Below are positions 1-10,796 of a stretch of DNA of 64,000 nt, in pieces. Where the stretch lies: the NCBI GenBank assembly GCA_963813715.1, contig CAWFAK010000017.1, forward strand, positions 1,056,001 through 1,120,000, given 5' to 3'. A model generated the notes under the pieces. The model ran no database searches and was not told the origin of the DNA. It saw only the letters and a program-made list of their open reading frames with translations. Within the stretch, counting starts at the first letter, position 1; each line of letters opens with the position of its first letter. This DNA comes from an uncultured Planctomycetaceae bacterium. Lineage in GTDB: Bacteria > Planctomycetota > Planctomycetia > Planctomycetales > Planctomycetaceae. The position numbers were made by a program, and so were the translations under genes.

Positions 1-224
1 CTTTGCTGCACTTCAAAGGAGCCTTTTCCAAGCTTCAGAGCACGTTCCGCACCTGGCGGCTGATCGTGGACGAAAATGCCTACCGCGCGTTGGTCGCCGA
101 AAACCGAGCCCAAGCGGCAGTAATTGAAGAAGAGGCTTCTGGCAGCTTTTTTCCGGAGTATCGAATCGACTATCCTCGATCGGTTTCCCGCGAGGGACAA
201 GAAGCTTCCGCGCTGCAAAAATAA
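1..224 (+). CDS. 3' end of a probable GNAT/FemAB-like acyltransferase (partial, starts before the window)
   Basis: C-terminal LHFKGAFS...RTWRLIVDENAY...FFPEYR resembles GNAT proteins of polysaccharide-modification clusters; co-oriented with the ATP-grasp gene. Confidence 0.55.
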   Translation, partial: LLHFKGAFSKLQSTFRTWRLIVDENAYRALVAENRAQAAVIEEEASGSFFPEYRIDYPRSVSREGQEASALQK

Positions 225-302
225 GGCGTGGCGATCGCGGACCGATCGCTGATTCCACGGGAAGGATCGACGTTGTGATTGTGCGATGAGTGCCCAATCA
301 TT

Positions 303-1346
303 ATGAACGTTCTCCTCACTTGTGCCGGCCGGCGTAACTTTCTGGTCAAATTCTTCCAGAGCGCACTGGCAGGCCGCGGGCGCGTCGTCGCCTGTGACAC
401 CAGCATGGCCGCCCCGGCCCTTTCTGCCGCGGACGAGGGGCTGCTCGTTCCGTCCATGCACGATCCGGGCTACTTCGACGCGCTCTTGTCGCTCTGCCAG
501 GAACAGCACATTCGCCTCTTGATCTCCGTGAACGACCTCGAGCTGGGTGGGCTGGCTCGCCGGGCCGAGGAATTTCGCGAGGTCGGCACGACTGTTGTGG
601 TGTCTGACTCCAGAGTCATCGCTCAGTGTCAGGACAAGTGGAAGACGTTCCAACTCTTGCGCGAGTCCGACATCGCGACTCCCGACACCTACCTGACTCC
701 GGCCGACGTGCGGCAAGCCCTGGCTCGCGGAGCGCTCAAGTTCCCGATCATCGTCAAGCCCCGCTGGGGATCAAGCTCGATCGGCTTCGAGCGCATCGAA
801 AACGACCGCGAGCTGTCGCTGGCCTACGAATGGGGCATGATCCAGGTCCGCCGCTCAATCTTCTGGAACCTGAGCGAGGGAGATTGCGACGAGTGCCTCG
901 TCTTCCAGCAGCAACTCTGCGGCGACGAATACGGCATGGACGTGGTGAATGACCTCGAAGGTCGCCACATCGCCACGCTGGTGCGGCGGAAGATGGTGAT
1001 GCGCTGCGGCAATACCGACCGCGCGATGACCGTCTCCGATCAGCCGCTCGAGCGGCTGGGGCAGGTGATTGGGCGTCGCCTGGGGCACATCGGCAGCCTC
1101 GATTGTGACGTGATGATGACCGAGGCGGGGCCTCAGGTGCTCGATCTCAACCCGCGAATCGGTGGGGGCTACCCGTTCTCGCACGTTGCCGGCGCGAACC
1201 TGCCGGCCGCTCTGATCGCTTGGGCCAACGGTGAAGAGCCTGATCCCGCCTGGTTCAAACCAAGGGCGGGAGTGGTCGCTTCAAGATGTGACGAAATGAT
1301 GATTGTCAATTCGGTTGAAAGCAACGCGAGGAGAGTCCTGTGTTGA
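303..1346 (+). CDS. ATP-grasp domain protein (carbamoyl-phosphate-synthase-like / PylC-like N-terminus)
   Basis: MNVLLTCAGRR start, DKW, IIVKPRWGSSSIG, EYGMDV and DLNPRIGGGY ATP-grasp motifs. Confidence 0.85.
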   Translation: MNVLLTCAGRRNFLVKFFQSALAGRGRVVACDTSMAAPALSAADEGLLVPSMHDPGYFDALLSLCQEQHIRLLISVNDLELGGLARRAEEFREVGTTVVVSDSRVIAQCQDKWKTFQLLRESDIATPDTYLTPADVRQALARGALKFPIIVKPRWGSSSIGFERIENDRELSLAYEWGMIQVRRSIFWNLSEGDCDECLVFQQQLCGDEYGMDVVNDLEGRHIATLVRRKMVMRCGNTDRAMTVSDQPLERLGQVIGRRLGHIGSLDCDVMMTEAGPQVLDLNPRIGGGYPFSHVAGANLPAALIAWANGEEPDPAWFKPRAGVVASRCDEMMIVNSVESNARRVLC

Positions 1347-2578
1347 ATTCTCATTCACAATGTCAGTTTGCGGTCGTGGGCGCAGGTCCGTACGGTTTGG
1401 CCGTCGGTGCTCACTTGCGTGCCCGTGGACTCGACGTGCGGATCTTCGGCAAGCCGATGGACTTCTGGGCCAGCCAGATGCCCAAAGGGATGCTGCTGCG
1501 TTCGCCGCGCACGGGATCGCACATCTCCGATCCGACCAGCGCCTTCTCGCTCGAGAATTACGAGACTGCCCGCAGCTGCCGCATCCCCAAGTCGATGCCG
1601 CTGGAAATGTTTGTCGATTACGGCCGCTGGTTCCAATCGCAGGCCCTGCCCGACCTCGACCAGCGGCATGTCGAAGAGATCGACCAGGCCGCCGACGGGT
1701 TCACGCTGACTTTGGACGACGGCGAGCAGCTCGAGGCCCGCAACGTCGTCGTGGCGACGGGAATCGGCTCCTTCCCGAATTATCCGGTCGCCTTCGCGTC
1801 GCTGCCCAAGGAACTGGCCTCCCACACGAGCGACCGAGCAAACGCCGACCTGGGCCGCTTCGCCGGCAAACGCGTCGCCGTGATTGGCGGCGGCCAAAGC
1901 GCGCTCGAATCGACGGCCCTCTTGTTGGAAAACGGGGCCGAGGTGGACGTGCTGGTCCGGCAGCCGATCGTGCGCTGGCTGAAGAACAGCGCCTGGCTGG
2001 AACAGTTGATGGACCTGCCGATCAATCCGTTCCAAGTGCCCGGCAAGATCGGGCCGCTCGGAATCAACTGGCTGGTCGAGAACCCGCGGCTCTTCACCGC
2101 GTTTCCCCGATCGGTCCAGGACCGGATGGCAGCTCGAGCGATTCGCTCGGCCGGCAGCAGCTGGCTGCGGCCCCGCACGACCCGCGCCGCATTCAAGCCG
2201 GGAACGCACGTCGTTTCGGCCTCGGCCCGCGGCGACAAAGTGCACCTGCAACTGAACGACGGGAAAGAAAGCACCGTCGATCACGTGCTCTTGGGCACCG
2301 GCTACCGCGTCTCCGTGGCGCGGATGAACTTCCTGGCGGCCGACTTGTCGCAGGCGATTCACACGGTGAAAGGCTACCCGGTCCTCAACCGGGGCTTCGA
2401 GTCGTCCATTCGCGGGCTGTACTTCGTCGGTGCCAGCGGCGCCTACTCGTTCGGCCCGCTCTGCCGCTTCGTCGCCGGAACGCCCTACACGGCTCCGACG
2501 ATTGCCAACTTCGCGGCGAAACAGGCGAAGAAGCAATCACGCCGCAGCCTGACCGTCGTCGAGCCCCAGCGAGCCTGA
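1340..2578 (+). CDS. FAD/NAD(P)-dependent oxidoreductase
   Basis: Two Rossmann motifs (VVGAGPYG, VIGGGQSA), VVATG, LLGTGY and GLYFVG. Confidence 0.85.
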   Translation: MLNSHSQCQFAVVGAGPYGLAVGAHLRARGLDVRIFGKPMDFWASQMPKGMLLRSPRTGSHISDPTSAFSLENYETARSCRIPKSMPLEMFVDYGRWFQSQALPDLDQRHVEEIDQAADGFTLTLDDGEQLEARNVVVATGIGSFPNYPVAFASLPKELASHTSDRANADLGRFAGKRVAVIGGGQSALESTALLLENGAEVDVLVRQPIVRWLKNSAWLEQLMDLPINPFQVPGKIGPLGINWLVENPRLFTAFPRSVQDRMAARAIRSAGSSWLRPRTTRAAFKPGTHVVSASARGDKVHLQLNDGKESTVDHVLLGTGYRVSVARMNFLAADLSQAIHTVKGYPVLNRGFESSIRGLYFVGASGAYSFGPLCRFVAGTPYTAPTIANFAAKQAKKQSRRSLTVVEPQRA

Positions 2579-2614
2579 TTGCTCGAGTCGAGCCGCAGCG
2601 AGCCTAATCGCTCG
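2558..2614. repeat. Imperfect 29-bp tandem duplication spanning the oxidoreductase stop codon
   Basis: GTCGAGCCCCAGCGAGCCTGATTGCTCGA followed by GTCGAGCCGCAGCGAGCCTAATCGCTCG; each copy encodes VEPQRA-stop. Confidence 0.85.
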
Positions 2615-2653
2615 GGGCGACCGACGGTTGCCAAACCGTGAGACGGTCAAACG

Positions 2654-2701
2654 AAAAAGTCCCCAGCCGGCGAATCCGCCGTCGGCTGGGGATTTTTGTT
2701 T
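2654..2701. terminator. Bidirectional intrinsic terminator between convergent genes
   Basis: AAAAA-GTCCCCAGCCGGCG / CGTCGGCTGGGGAT-TTTTGTTT hairpin. Confidence 0.8.
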
Positions 2702-2772
2702 AGTACGACGACTGGAGCGACTCGGTTCGCTCCGAGCGCCCACGGGACCGACCGCGAGTTATGACCCGTCCG

Positions 2773-4718
2773 CTACTTCATCGGCAGTGCGTCGAACGGC
2801 GGTTGAGCGCCGGCGCCGGGCGCCGCCTTCTTCGCCGCGTCCGTCCCTTTCGGTTGAATGAGGCTGGCGCGGGCCTGACGCAGATTTTCGAAGCTCTCGG
2901 CGGAAATCACGTAGTACCAAGGGCCAAAGCGCTCGTTGAGCTGTTTGGCCTTCTCCTGCCCCTTTTTGATCTTCTTCTCGAATTCAGACTTGTCGTTCTG
3001 GTACTTTTCGATGTCCTTCTTGTACTGAACCAAGGCCTTATCGTACTCGGCCTTCGGATCGCGCTTGGCGGGCGCCGCCGGTTTGATCACTGGACCCGAC
3101 TTGCCTGCCGGCGTTCCCTTCTGGGGCGCGGCCGGTGCTTTGGGCGGAGTGGCCGCCTTTCCATCGCCCGCCTTCGGATCGGACGACTTCGGCGGATCGG
3201 GCAGGGCCAGCGCCAGCATTCGCGAATCGTCGAGCCGCGTGGCGGAGGAGTGCTTCTGATCCGTCTTGCCGTTGTTCGCCGGCGGCGAATTGGGCTCGCT
3301 CTTGGTTCCGCTGGCGCCGACTGGACTCGAAGCGGCGGGGCTGGAGGCAGGCGGAGCTGCCGGAGCGCTCTTGGTCGCGGGCTGATCGAGGACCAAACCC
3401 TGCGGCTTCTTCGGCTCGAGCGGACGGATCGGCGGGAAGCCAACGAGCGCGGGGTCAAACTTAACATAGACCATTAAATAGCGGCGCTTGAGCTGCTCTT
3501 TGTCCTTGTCCTTCGCGTCTTTGCCGTCCTTCTTGGCGCCGTTCTTTTCCGCGGTCTTGGCATCTGCGGTCTTGGCGTCGGTCGCCTTCGACTTGTCGGC
3601 GTCCTTCGCCCCCTTCTCTTTTGAGTCCTTGGAGAGGCCCGTCTCGATTTCAAATTCGGTGCCTGTGAAGATCTGACCGAAGTTGAGTGCGTACAGCAGG
3701 CCGTCGCTCGTTCCCGCTTCCAGCTCGCCTTCCTTGGAAAAGACCCGCGGCTTGCCCCCCTTGCGATCGGAGCCGACGAAGTAGCCCTTCTCTTGCATGT
3801 CGGCTCGCAGGATGTCAACCAAATTGCGGCTCTGGGCGTAGCGCGGGTCGATCGAAAGATCGGGCAGAACTCCCGGCGGTTTAGGCGCACCCCGACCAGC
3901 CGCAGGTTGTCGAGATTGTTGACCAGCGTGTTCACCGCATCGAGCTTCAGCTCTTCGTTCGGCTTGATGCCCTTGAGTATCCACGGATCGGAGGGGTTTT
4001 TCCGCGTCAGCTCGGTGGCGTCGCCCGGGATGATTGCTCCCTGCTGCTCGTCGATCGAGTAATTGTCGATGCGGATCTCGCTGAGCAGCTCACGGTCCAC
4101 CTTCAGCAGGTCGGGCTCGATCCAGTCGCTGAACTTCGTCGACAGATCGATCTTGAGCTTGGCCAGATAGATCGTGTTCGAATCGTCGGCTTTGGTGGCC
4201 CGCACGTAGTAGGTGTCGGTCTGGCCGGGCAGCTCGCTCGGCTTCCCGATGATGTATTCGGCCAGCACCGTGCCGTCGTTTTTGGAAATCGTGATCTTCC
4301 TGCCACGGCCGGTCAGCACGGTGTCGTCCGGATCTTCCGGATCGAGGACGTCGTAGCGGGCCTGGTCGCTCTTCAATCGCGAAACGAAGGCCGTGCGGCT
4401 GGTGCCGATGACCGACGCAGCCGTCTTGGCAAGGCGGTCCTTGCCGTCGACCGGGTAGTTGTGATGCGAGGGGATCTTCCACTTGCCGTCCTTGTACTCC
4501 ACCGTAAACGGCTTGATCGCAGCCGTGTCTTTGTCGTACACGACGACCCGCAAGACCTGCGCGTCGGTCGGGAATTTGAAGTCGGGATAGAACTCGGTGC
4601 CAATCCGCCCCGAGTCCGCGTCCTTGTGCGGCACGGACCCGTAATAAGTCGCGGCCGCCGCCCCCACGGACACCAGGGCCACGGCCAGAAAAATCAACGT
4701 GCGTTTCGTCTCGTTCAT
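2773..4718 (-). CDS. DUF4340-like membrane-anchored protein with a Lys/Pro/Ala-rich C-terminal half; frameshift near 3885
   Basis: ORFs 3474..4718 and 2773..3984 join (NLRLVGVR/PKPPGVLP); N-terminal TM; third gene of a GldA/GldF-GldG-like operon; ends with ERFGPWYYVISAESFENLR. Confidence 0.75.
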
Positions 4719-4842
4719 CGTCCTTCGTCCCTGCCGGATGCGTGCGATCCGGATGAATTCGTTTAACTCAATTTGTTACGTTCAAAAAACGCACGGGGCG
4801 TTTGGCCGGGCGAACACGCCCTGGATCGACCTCGTCAATGTC

Positions 4843-7494
4843 TCAATGGGCGGCCCGGCGGTCCGGCGAGATGGCCCGGCGCTCGCGGCCGAGCCGCAGC
4901 AAAAAGACCACCACGCCCAGCACGATGGCCGGAATCGGCGGGATCAGCACCGCCTGAATCATGATTTTGCGTTCGGTCTCGCGAATGCGTCGTTCGGCCG
5001 CGCTCTTCGCACTGTCGATCTCTTGCTGCTTATCCCGATCGATATTGGCTTTCGCCACTTCCAGCCGACGCTCCTCGCCCTCCTTCAAGCGGCGGATCAA
5101 CTCCTCCTTCTGCGGCGGCGAGAGATTTTTATCGTTTTCGATTTCCGCCCGCTTCTCGTCGAAACGGCCCTGCGCGTCCTTCAGTTTCTGCTTGGCATCG
5201 TCGTCGGCCACCTTGGTCATGGCGACACGCTCTTCGACGAACTTCGCCGTCTGCGCCTCGACGGTCGTCAGCGTCCGCAAGGCGGTTCGGCGTTTCCGCA
5301 AATCGAGGAACTTCTGGTCCCCGGCCAGCACGTCGACCGCGTTGAGCACGAAGGGGACGTTATCGAAATTGAGGTTGAGTTCGCCCAAGTTCCGCGTCAC
5401 GAAGAACCAGTCCGAAATCAGGTCGACGTCCGCGACGTAGACCACGTTGAGCTTGTACGGGTTGTCGGCTTCCGACGTCAGGTGCGCGGCCAGCACGTGG
5501 CCCCCCTGATCGCGAAAATGCGGGCGGCCGTCCTTGATGCGGGCGGTCGGCGTGAAGCCGTGCTGAAAATCGAATCCCTGCTCGGTGAATTCGTCCCATT
5601 CCATCACGCCGGACGTCGCGCTCGTCCGCAAGAGCGGCTCGAACTTCACGCCCTTCTCCTTGAGCGGCATGATTTCGCCCGCGAACGCAGCCAGCATTTC
5701 CTGCAGGCCGTTGGTGATTTCGCTCGTCGTGCTGAACGCGCCCTTCATCCGGCTCTTGGGCGAGATGAAGATGAATTCTTCGGGCAGCGTGACGAATTCC
5801 GGATGGGGATTGAACGAATCCCAAACGACCCGGCCGTTGTCCCAGGCGATGTGCAGCGTGTTGAGCAAGCTGGTGGCCTTGCCATCGTCGGCCTTGGGCG
5901 GAGCCGGCTGGCGGCCCATGCCCCCCATCATGCCGCCGAACTGTCCGCCGGGGGCCGGCTTGGGCAGTTTCGGGGCCTGCGAAACGCCGAACGCCGAGTT
6001 GAAGACCCACGGATACGGGTCGTCGAAGATCAGCGTCGGACGCCCCTTCTTGATGTAGTTGAGGAAGTTGGCCATCTGCGGCTCCGTCAGCGACGACGGC
6101 ATGACGGCCAGCAGCACGTCGTATTTGCTTTCGTCGATCGGGCTGTCCGGCGACACCTCTTTTACGTTGTATTGCTGCTTGAGCTCGGTGACGATCTGCC
6201 AATCGCGCGAGCCGATCACGTCGGCATCGGTGCGGAGCACGCCCACGGTCGACCGCTTTTCGTTGGCCACCGTTCGGATCGAGCGGGTGAGCTCGTATTC
6301 CAGCGGCATACCCGCTCCAAAGAACGGGATGACGACCTGGTCAAAGCTGCTGCTGATCACGGCTCCTAAATAGATCGTGTCTTCGTAGTGCCGGCCTTCG
6401 CGTTCGGACCGGACGCGCTCCGGGGTGATGCCGAGCGTCTTGGCTTCCTCGGCCTCTTTGCTGAAGGGCTCGACCTCGACGTATTGGACGTCCACTTTGG
6501 CGCCGGCCAGCCGCGCGTATTGCCGCAAGAGGCCCGTGAGCCGCGTGCGGACGGGGGCATAATCGCGGGGTACGTCGGTCGAGACGAACGCCTGAATCCG
6601 CACCGGATGCTCCGACTTGATCTCGGACAACACGTCGCGCGTCGTCGGCGACAGGCTATACACCTGCTCGTGCGTCAAATCGGCCCGGGCATTGGTGTGC
6701 GACGCGATGTACGCGATGCTCACGAGCGCCAGCGCCAGGCAAACCGCGCGGGCGAAATACTGCGCCCCCATCGAAGTCTGCTGGCCGCTGCTCCAGTGCC
6801 GTTTGCGAATCATCACCAGGTTGAGATAGAGCATCACCACCGTCAGCGAGACGAAATACAAAATCCCCGAGAGCGGAATGATCCCCAGCTCGAAGTCATG
6901 CATCTGCTCGCGAACGCTCAGTCCGCGGAGTAGATCGCTCGACTGCGCGATCGATCCGATGAAAACCGGCACTGCGCAGATCACAACTCCCAGCACGAAG
7001 GCCACCGTCGTGCTGTTGGTCAGCACCGAGCCGAGCATTCCCGCGCTCAGCAGGGCGGCGCCGGCGAACCAGTAGCCCAAATACGTGCAAAAGGCGACGC
7101 CCAAATCGGGATTGCCGATCGATCGCAGCACCAACAGGTGCGTCAGCGAAAAGGCCAGTGCGATGCTATAGACGGCCAGCACGGCGAAGTATTTGCCGAG
7201 AAGAATCTCCAGATCGGTGGCGGGCAGCGTGAAGAGCAGCTCGTCGGTGCCGAGCTTCTTCTCGTCGGCCCACGCGCTCATCGTGATCGCCGGGACCAGG
7301 AACAACAGCAGCATCGGAAAGCCTTCGCTCAGCTGGTCCAGGCTGGCGATGTTGTTCGTGAAGAACTGCGGCCGAAACGCCAACAGCCCGCCCGCCACGA
7401 CGAAGGCGATGATGAACAGGTAGCCCAACACGCCCGAAAAATAGCTGGCGACATTGCGGCGAAAGACGGCGGAAACAACATGCCATCGCAACAC
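4843..7494 (-). CDS. ABC-2 permease fused to a GldG-family (GIFT) domain
   Basis: N-terminal multi-TM permease (PAITMSAWADEKKLGTDELLFTLP), then DLTHEQVYSLSPTT and LEYELTRSI GldG-type motifs, a coiled coil and a C-terminal TM. Confidence 0.85.
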   Translation of the reverse strand: MLRWHVVSAVFRRNVASYFSGVLGYLFIIAFVVAGGLLAFRPQFFTNNIASLDQLSEGFPMLLLFLVPAITMSAWADEKKLGTDELLFTLPATDLEILLGKYFAVLAVYSIALAFSLTHLLVLRSIGNPDLGVAFCTYLGYWFAGAALLSAGMLGSVLTNSTTVAFVLGVVICAVPVFIGSIAQSSDLLRGLSVREQMHDFELGIIPLSGILYFVSLTVVMLYLNLVMIRKRHWSSGQQTSMGAQYFARAVCLALALVSIAYIASHTNARADLTHEQVYSLSPTTRDVLSEIKSEHPVRIQAFVSTDVPRDYAPVRTRLTGLLRQYARLAGAKVDVQYVEVEPFSKEAEEAKTLGITPERVRSEREGRHYEDTIYLGAVISSSFDQVVIPFFGAGMPLEYELTRSIRTVANEKRSTVGVLRTDADVIGSRDWQIVTELKQQYNVKEVSPDSPIDESKYDVLLAVMPSSLTEPQMANFLNYIKKGRPTLIFDDPYPWVFNSAFGVSQAPKLPKPAPGGQFGGMMGGMGRQPAPPKADDGKATSLLNTLHIAWDNGRVVWDSFNPHPEFVTLPEEFIFISPKSRMKGAFSTTSEITNGLQEMLAAFAGEIMPLKEKGVKFEPLLRTSATSGVMEWDEFTEQGFDFQHGFTPTARIKDGRPHFRDQGGHVLAAHLTSEADNPYKLNVVYVADVDLISDWFFVTRNLGELNLNFDNVPFVLNAVDVLAGDQKFLDLRKRRTALRTLTTVEAQTAKFVEERVAMTKVADDDAKQKLKDAQGRFDEKRAEIENDKNLSPPQKEELIRRLKEGEERRLEVAKANIDRDKQQEIDSAKSAAERRIRETERKIMIQAVLIPPIPAIVLGVVVFLLRLGRERRAISPDRRAAH

Positions 7495-7685
7495 GATCGT
7501 GCTCCTGGATCAGTCGAGATCTGTAAACCTGATTCCCGACGGAAAAATACTCGGCGAAAGTCTGTTCAATCTGTCCGCACCGCGCGAGTCGCGACCAGCT
7601 CTGGGTTGCCACGCAGCCCCGCGCTGTTCCGTCGATGTTCGGCGGACGCAGAGCCGCGCGGACTGCTGGCTGGTTGCTGTTACGG

Positions 7686-8462
7686 TCAATGACGCGATTT
7701 GCCCGCTCCTGCCGCCCCGGTCAGCTCCCGGAACCGCTTGTCCATTTCGGGCGGAGAGTCGGCCATCTCCTGAACCGTGCCGTCAAACACGATCCGGCCT
7801 TCGTTGATCAAAATCACTCGGGTGCAAACGGCGGCCACTTCTTGCAGGATGTGCGTCGACAGCAGGATCGTTTTGGTGGCTCCCAACGAACGAATCAGCC
7901 CCCGCACTTCGTGAACCTGGTTCGGATCGAGACCGCTGGTCGGCTCGTCGAGGATCAGGACGTCCGGATCGTGCAGCAGGGCCTGCGCCATGCCGACGCG
8001 CTGGCGAAACCCGCGCGACAGCTTGCCGATCGGCTTGTGCCACACCTCGTCGAGCGCACACTTCTCGCAGACAAAGTCGAGCCGCTTCTTGAGCAGATCG
8101 GATTTCAGGCCGCGGGCCTGGCCGATATAAGTCAGCAGCCCTACCGGCGTCATTTCGTTGTAGAGCGGACCGTTTTCCGGCAAGTAACCCATCACCTTGC
8201 TGGCTTCGATCCGATCGGTCGCCATATTGAAGCCGGCGATCCGAGCGACGCCCGTGGTCGGCGCCAAATACCCGGTCAAAAGCTTCATGGTCGTCGACTT
8301 GCCGGCCCCGTTGGGCCCCAAAAAGGCGACGACCGCCCCCCGCGGCACCGTGAAGCTCACATCCTTAGTGGCCGCAAACTGACCGAAATTCTTGCTCAGG
8401 CCCTGCGCCTCGATCATCGGGCGCCGGCCATCGCCGGTCGCCGTCCCGTTCCCGTTGTTCAT
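7686..8462 (-). CDS. ABC transporter ATP-binding protein (GldA-like)
   Basis: Walker A GPNGAGKS, LSRGFRQR signature, [14 protein letters not shown]. Confidence 0.95.
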   Translation of the reverse strand: MNNGNGTATGDGRRPMIEAQGLSKNFGQFAATKDVSFTVPRGAVVAFLGPNGAGKSTTMKLLTGYLAPTTGVARIAGFNMATDRIEASKVMGYLPENGPLYNEMTPVGLLTYIGQARGLKSDLLKKRLDFVCEKCALDEVWHKPIGKLSRGFRQRVGMAQALLHDPDVLILDEPTSGLDPNQVHEVRGLIRSLGATKTILLSTHILQEVAAVCTRVILINEGRIVFDGTVQEMADSPPEMDKRFRELTGAAGAGKSRH

Positions 8463-8665
8463 GCGCCCGTTATCCCCAAAAAACGCCCGTCGCTTACTAC
8501 TTTTACGTCATTCTTTACAATCCGTGCTGGACGATGTCCAGTAATCGCCCAGCGCCGCCAGAACGGGCGATGTCGCCAGCTCCAAAGCCCAAAGTCGAGT
8601 CCTTGCCGGACTTTGGGGTGCCGGCAGAGTCCACAAAGAGACCTTAGACCGCGGGATCTCGAACT

Positions 8666-9860
8666 TTGAACGTGCCGAACGAACTTGAATTGATCGCGAC
8701 GACCACCTTCGGTCTGGAGGCGGTCGTCGCGCGCGAGCTCAAAGCCCTTGGTTACGAGAACCAGACCATTGCCGACGGAAAAATCACCTTTCGCGGCGGC
8801 CCGGAGGCGATTTGCCGCGCCAATCTCTGGCTCCGCAGCGCCGACCGAGTCGTCATCAAGATCGGCGAGTTCGAGGCGGCCGACTTCGGCACGTTGTTCG
8901 ATCGATGTGCCGACCTCGACTGGGCTCGCTGGATTCCCGTGAACGGCCAGTTCCCCGTCAGCGGGAAGTCCGTCCGCTCGCAACTTCACAGTGTTCCCGA
9001 TTGCCAGGCGCTGATCAAGAAAGCGATCGTTGAAAAACTGAAACAGACGCATCGCGTGTCGTGGTTCGCCGAGAACGGGCCGCTGTTTACCGTTCAGGTG
9101 TCGCTGCTCAAAGACGTCGCCACGCTCACGCTCGATACGACAGGCCCCGGGCTGCACAAACGCGGCTATCGCACATTGAGCGGACTGGCGCCGCTCAAGG
9201 AAACTCTGGCGGCCGCGCTCGTACAGCTCAGCTTTTGGACTGAGTCGCGGCCACTGCTCGATCCCTTTTGCGGCACGGGCACCATCCCCATCGAGGCCGC
9301 ACTCTGGGCTCGCAACCGAGCACCCGGGCTGTCGCGCCGCTTTGCCGCCGACGATTGGCCCGCGCTCGATCGCCGGCTCTGGCACGAAGCCCGCGAGGAA
9401 GCCAAGGACCGAGCCGTGCGGAGCGGAACGTTGGCGATCGTCGGCAGCGACATCGACGACACCAGCCTCTCCATGGCGAAAAAGCACGCGCGGAACGCCG
9501 GCGTCGAGGCCGACATTCGCTTCGAGCGGCGCGATTTCGCCGAGGCCCGGCCGCAGGGCAATTACGGTTGCCTGATTGCCAATCCGCCGTACGGCGAACG
9601 TTCGGGAGACGTGGAGTCGGCCGAAGAACTCGCCCGCGCGGCCCGCGGACGTCTTCGGGCGGTTCGACACCTGGTCGTTTTATATTTTGAGCGCGCTGGC
9701 GAATTTCGAGCAGCAATGCGGTCGACATGCGGACCGTCGCCGCAAGCTTTACAATGGGCGAATTGCCTGCACTTATTACCAGTTTCACGGTCCACGCCCG
9801 CCCAAGCCGACGGTCGCGACGGAAAGCGCCCCGGCATCCCACACAGATCCGGCCGAGTGA
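8666..9860 (+). CDS. THUMP-domain class I SAM-dependent RNA methyltransferase (RlmL/YpsC-like); frameshift near 9645
   Basis: FGLEAVVARE, GLHKRGYR, APLKETLAA, DPFCGTGTIPIEAA, NPPYGER; C-terminus RRRKLYNGRIAC lies in ORF 9576..9860. Confidence 0.85.
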
Positions 9861-9892
9861 ATCGGTCTCCCAGTCGGAGTTTTAGCGAATCC

Positions 9893-10783
9893 ATGCCCGT
9901 TGCTCACGAAGAGGATTATCGTCGCCGCGTCGGCGAGGTTGGCCCGACGCGATTTTTGCCCGGGACCTCGATCGAAATCGTGCGAGAGGTCAAGCTCGAC
10001 GCACCGCCACGCTTCGCGCTGTTTGATTTCGACGGCACGCTGAGCCTCGTCCGCGAGGGCTGGCCCGACGTCATGATTCCCCTGATGGTCGAGGAACTGG
10101 CGGCAACCGGAACGTCCGAAACGCCCGAGCAGCTCGCCACGCTAGCCCGCAACTTCGTGATGGAACTCAACGGCAAGCAGACGATCTACCAGATGATTCG
10201 CCTGACGGAGGAGATCCAAGCCCGCGGAGGAACGCCGCGCGAACCCCGGGCGTATAAACAGAAATATCACGACCGGCTGATGGAGCGGATCGCTCGGCGG
10301 CGCGAATCGCTGGAAAACAAGACGATCGCGCCGGAAGAGCTGCTCGTGCCTGGCGTCTATTCCGCCTTGAAGCTTCTCCAAGAGCGTGGCCTGGAACTTT
10401 ATCTGGCCAGCGGCACCGATGAGAACTACGTGCGGGAAGAGGCCGAGCTGCTGGGTCTCGCGCCATTTTTCGGCCGCCACATCTACGGAGCGATCGACGA
10501 TCACCGGGCCTTCTCCAAGCAGATGGTGATCGAACGGATTCTTCGCGAAAACCAGGTCGAAGGCGCGCGGCTCATCGGCCTGGGCGACGGCTACGTCGAG
10601 ATCGACAATATTAAAGGCGCCGGCGGCACCGCGATCGCCGTCGCCAGCGACGAATCCGGTCGCAGCGGCAAACCCGATCCCTGGAAGCGCGACCGACTGA
10701 TCGGCGTCGGGGCCGACGTCGTCATTCCCGACTTCCGCGAGTTTGCGGCCGTGTGCGATTATCTGTGGCGTGATTTCCGCTGA
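9893..10783 (+). CDS. HAD-superfamily hydrolase
   Basis: FDFDGT motif I, LASGT motif II, K, GDGYVEI motif IV. Confidence 0.85.
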   Translation: MPVAHEEDYRRRVGEVGPTRFLPGTSIEIVREVKLDAPPRFALFDFDGTLSLVREGWPDVMIPLMVEELAATGTSETPEQLATLARNFVMELNGKQTIYQMIRLTEEIQARGGTPREPRAYKQKYHDRLMERIARRRESLENKTIAPEELLVPGVYSALKLLQERGLELYLASGTDENYVREEAELLGLAPFFGRHIYGAIDDHRAFSKQMVIERILRENQVEGARLIGLGDGYVEIDNIKGAGGTAIAVASDESGRSGKPDPWKRDRLIGVGADVVIPDFREFAAVCDYLWRDFR

Positions 10784-10796
10784 CGGAGTTTTTTTG

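Noticed and set aside
3060..3640. Short DNA repeats in the DUF4340 gene
   Set aside because: Explained by low-complexity protein sequence (DAKTA and KD/PA-rich linkers).
4699..6369. Long antisense ORFs (also 1355..2536, 14955..16358, 17349..19043, 34122..35510)
   Set aside because: Shadow frames of real genes in high-GC DNA, with no motifs and an implausible amino-acid composition.
8666..10783. Apparent 705-aa RNA methyltransferase-HAD fusion
   Set aside because: The true methyltransferase C-terminus is in another frame ending at 9860. The fusion results from a frameshift near 9645, and the HAD gene has its own ATG at 9893.
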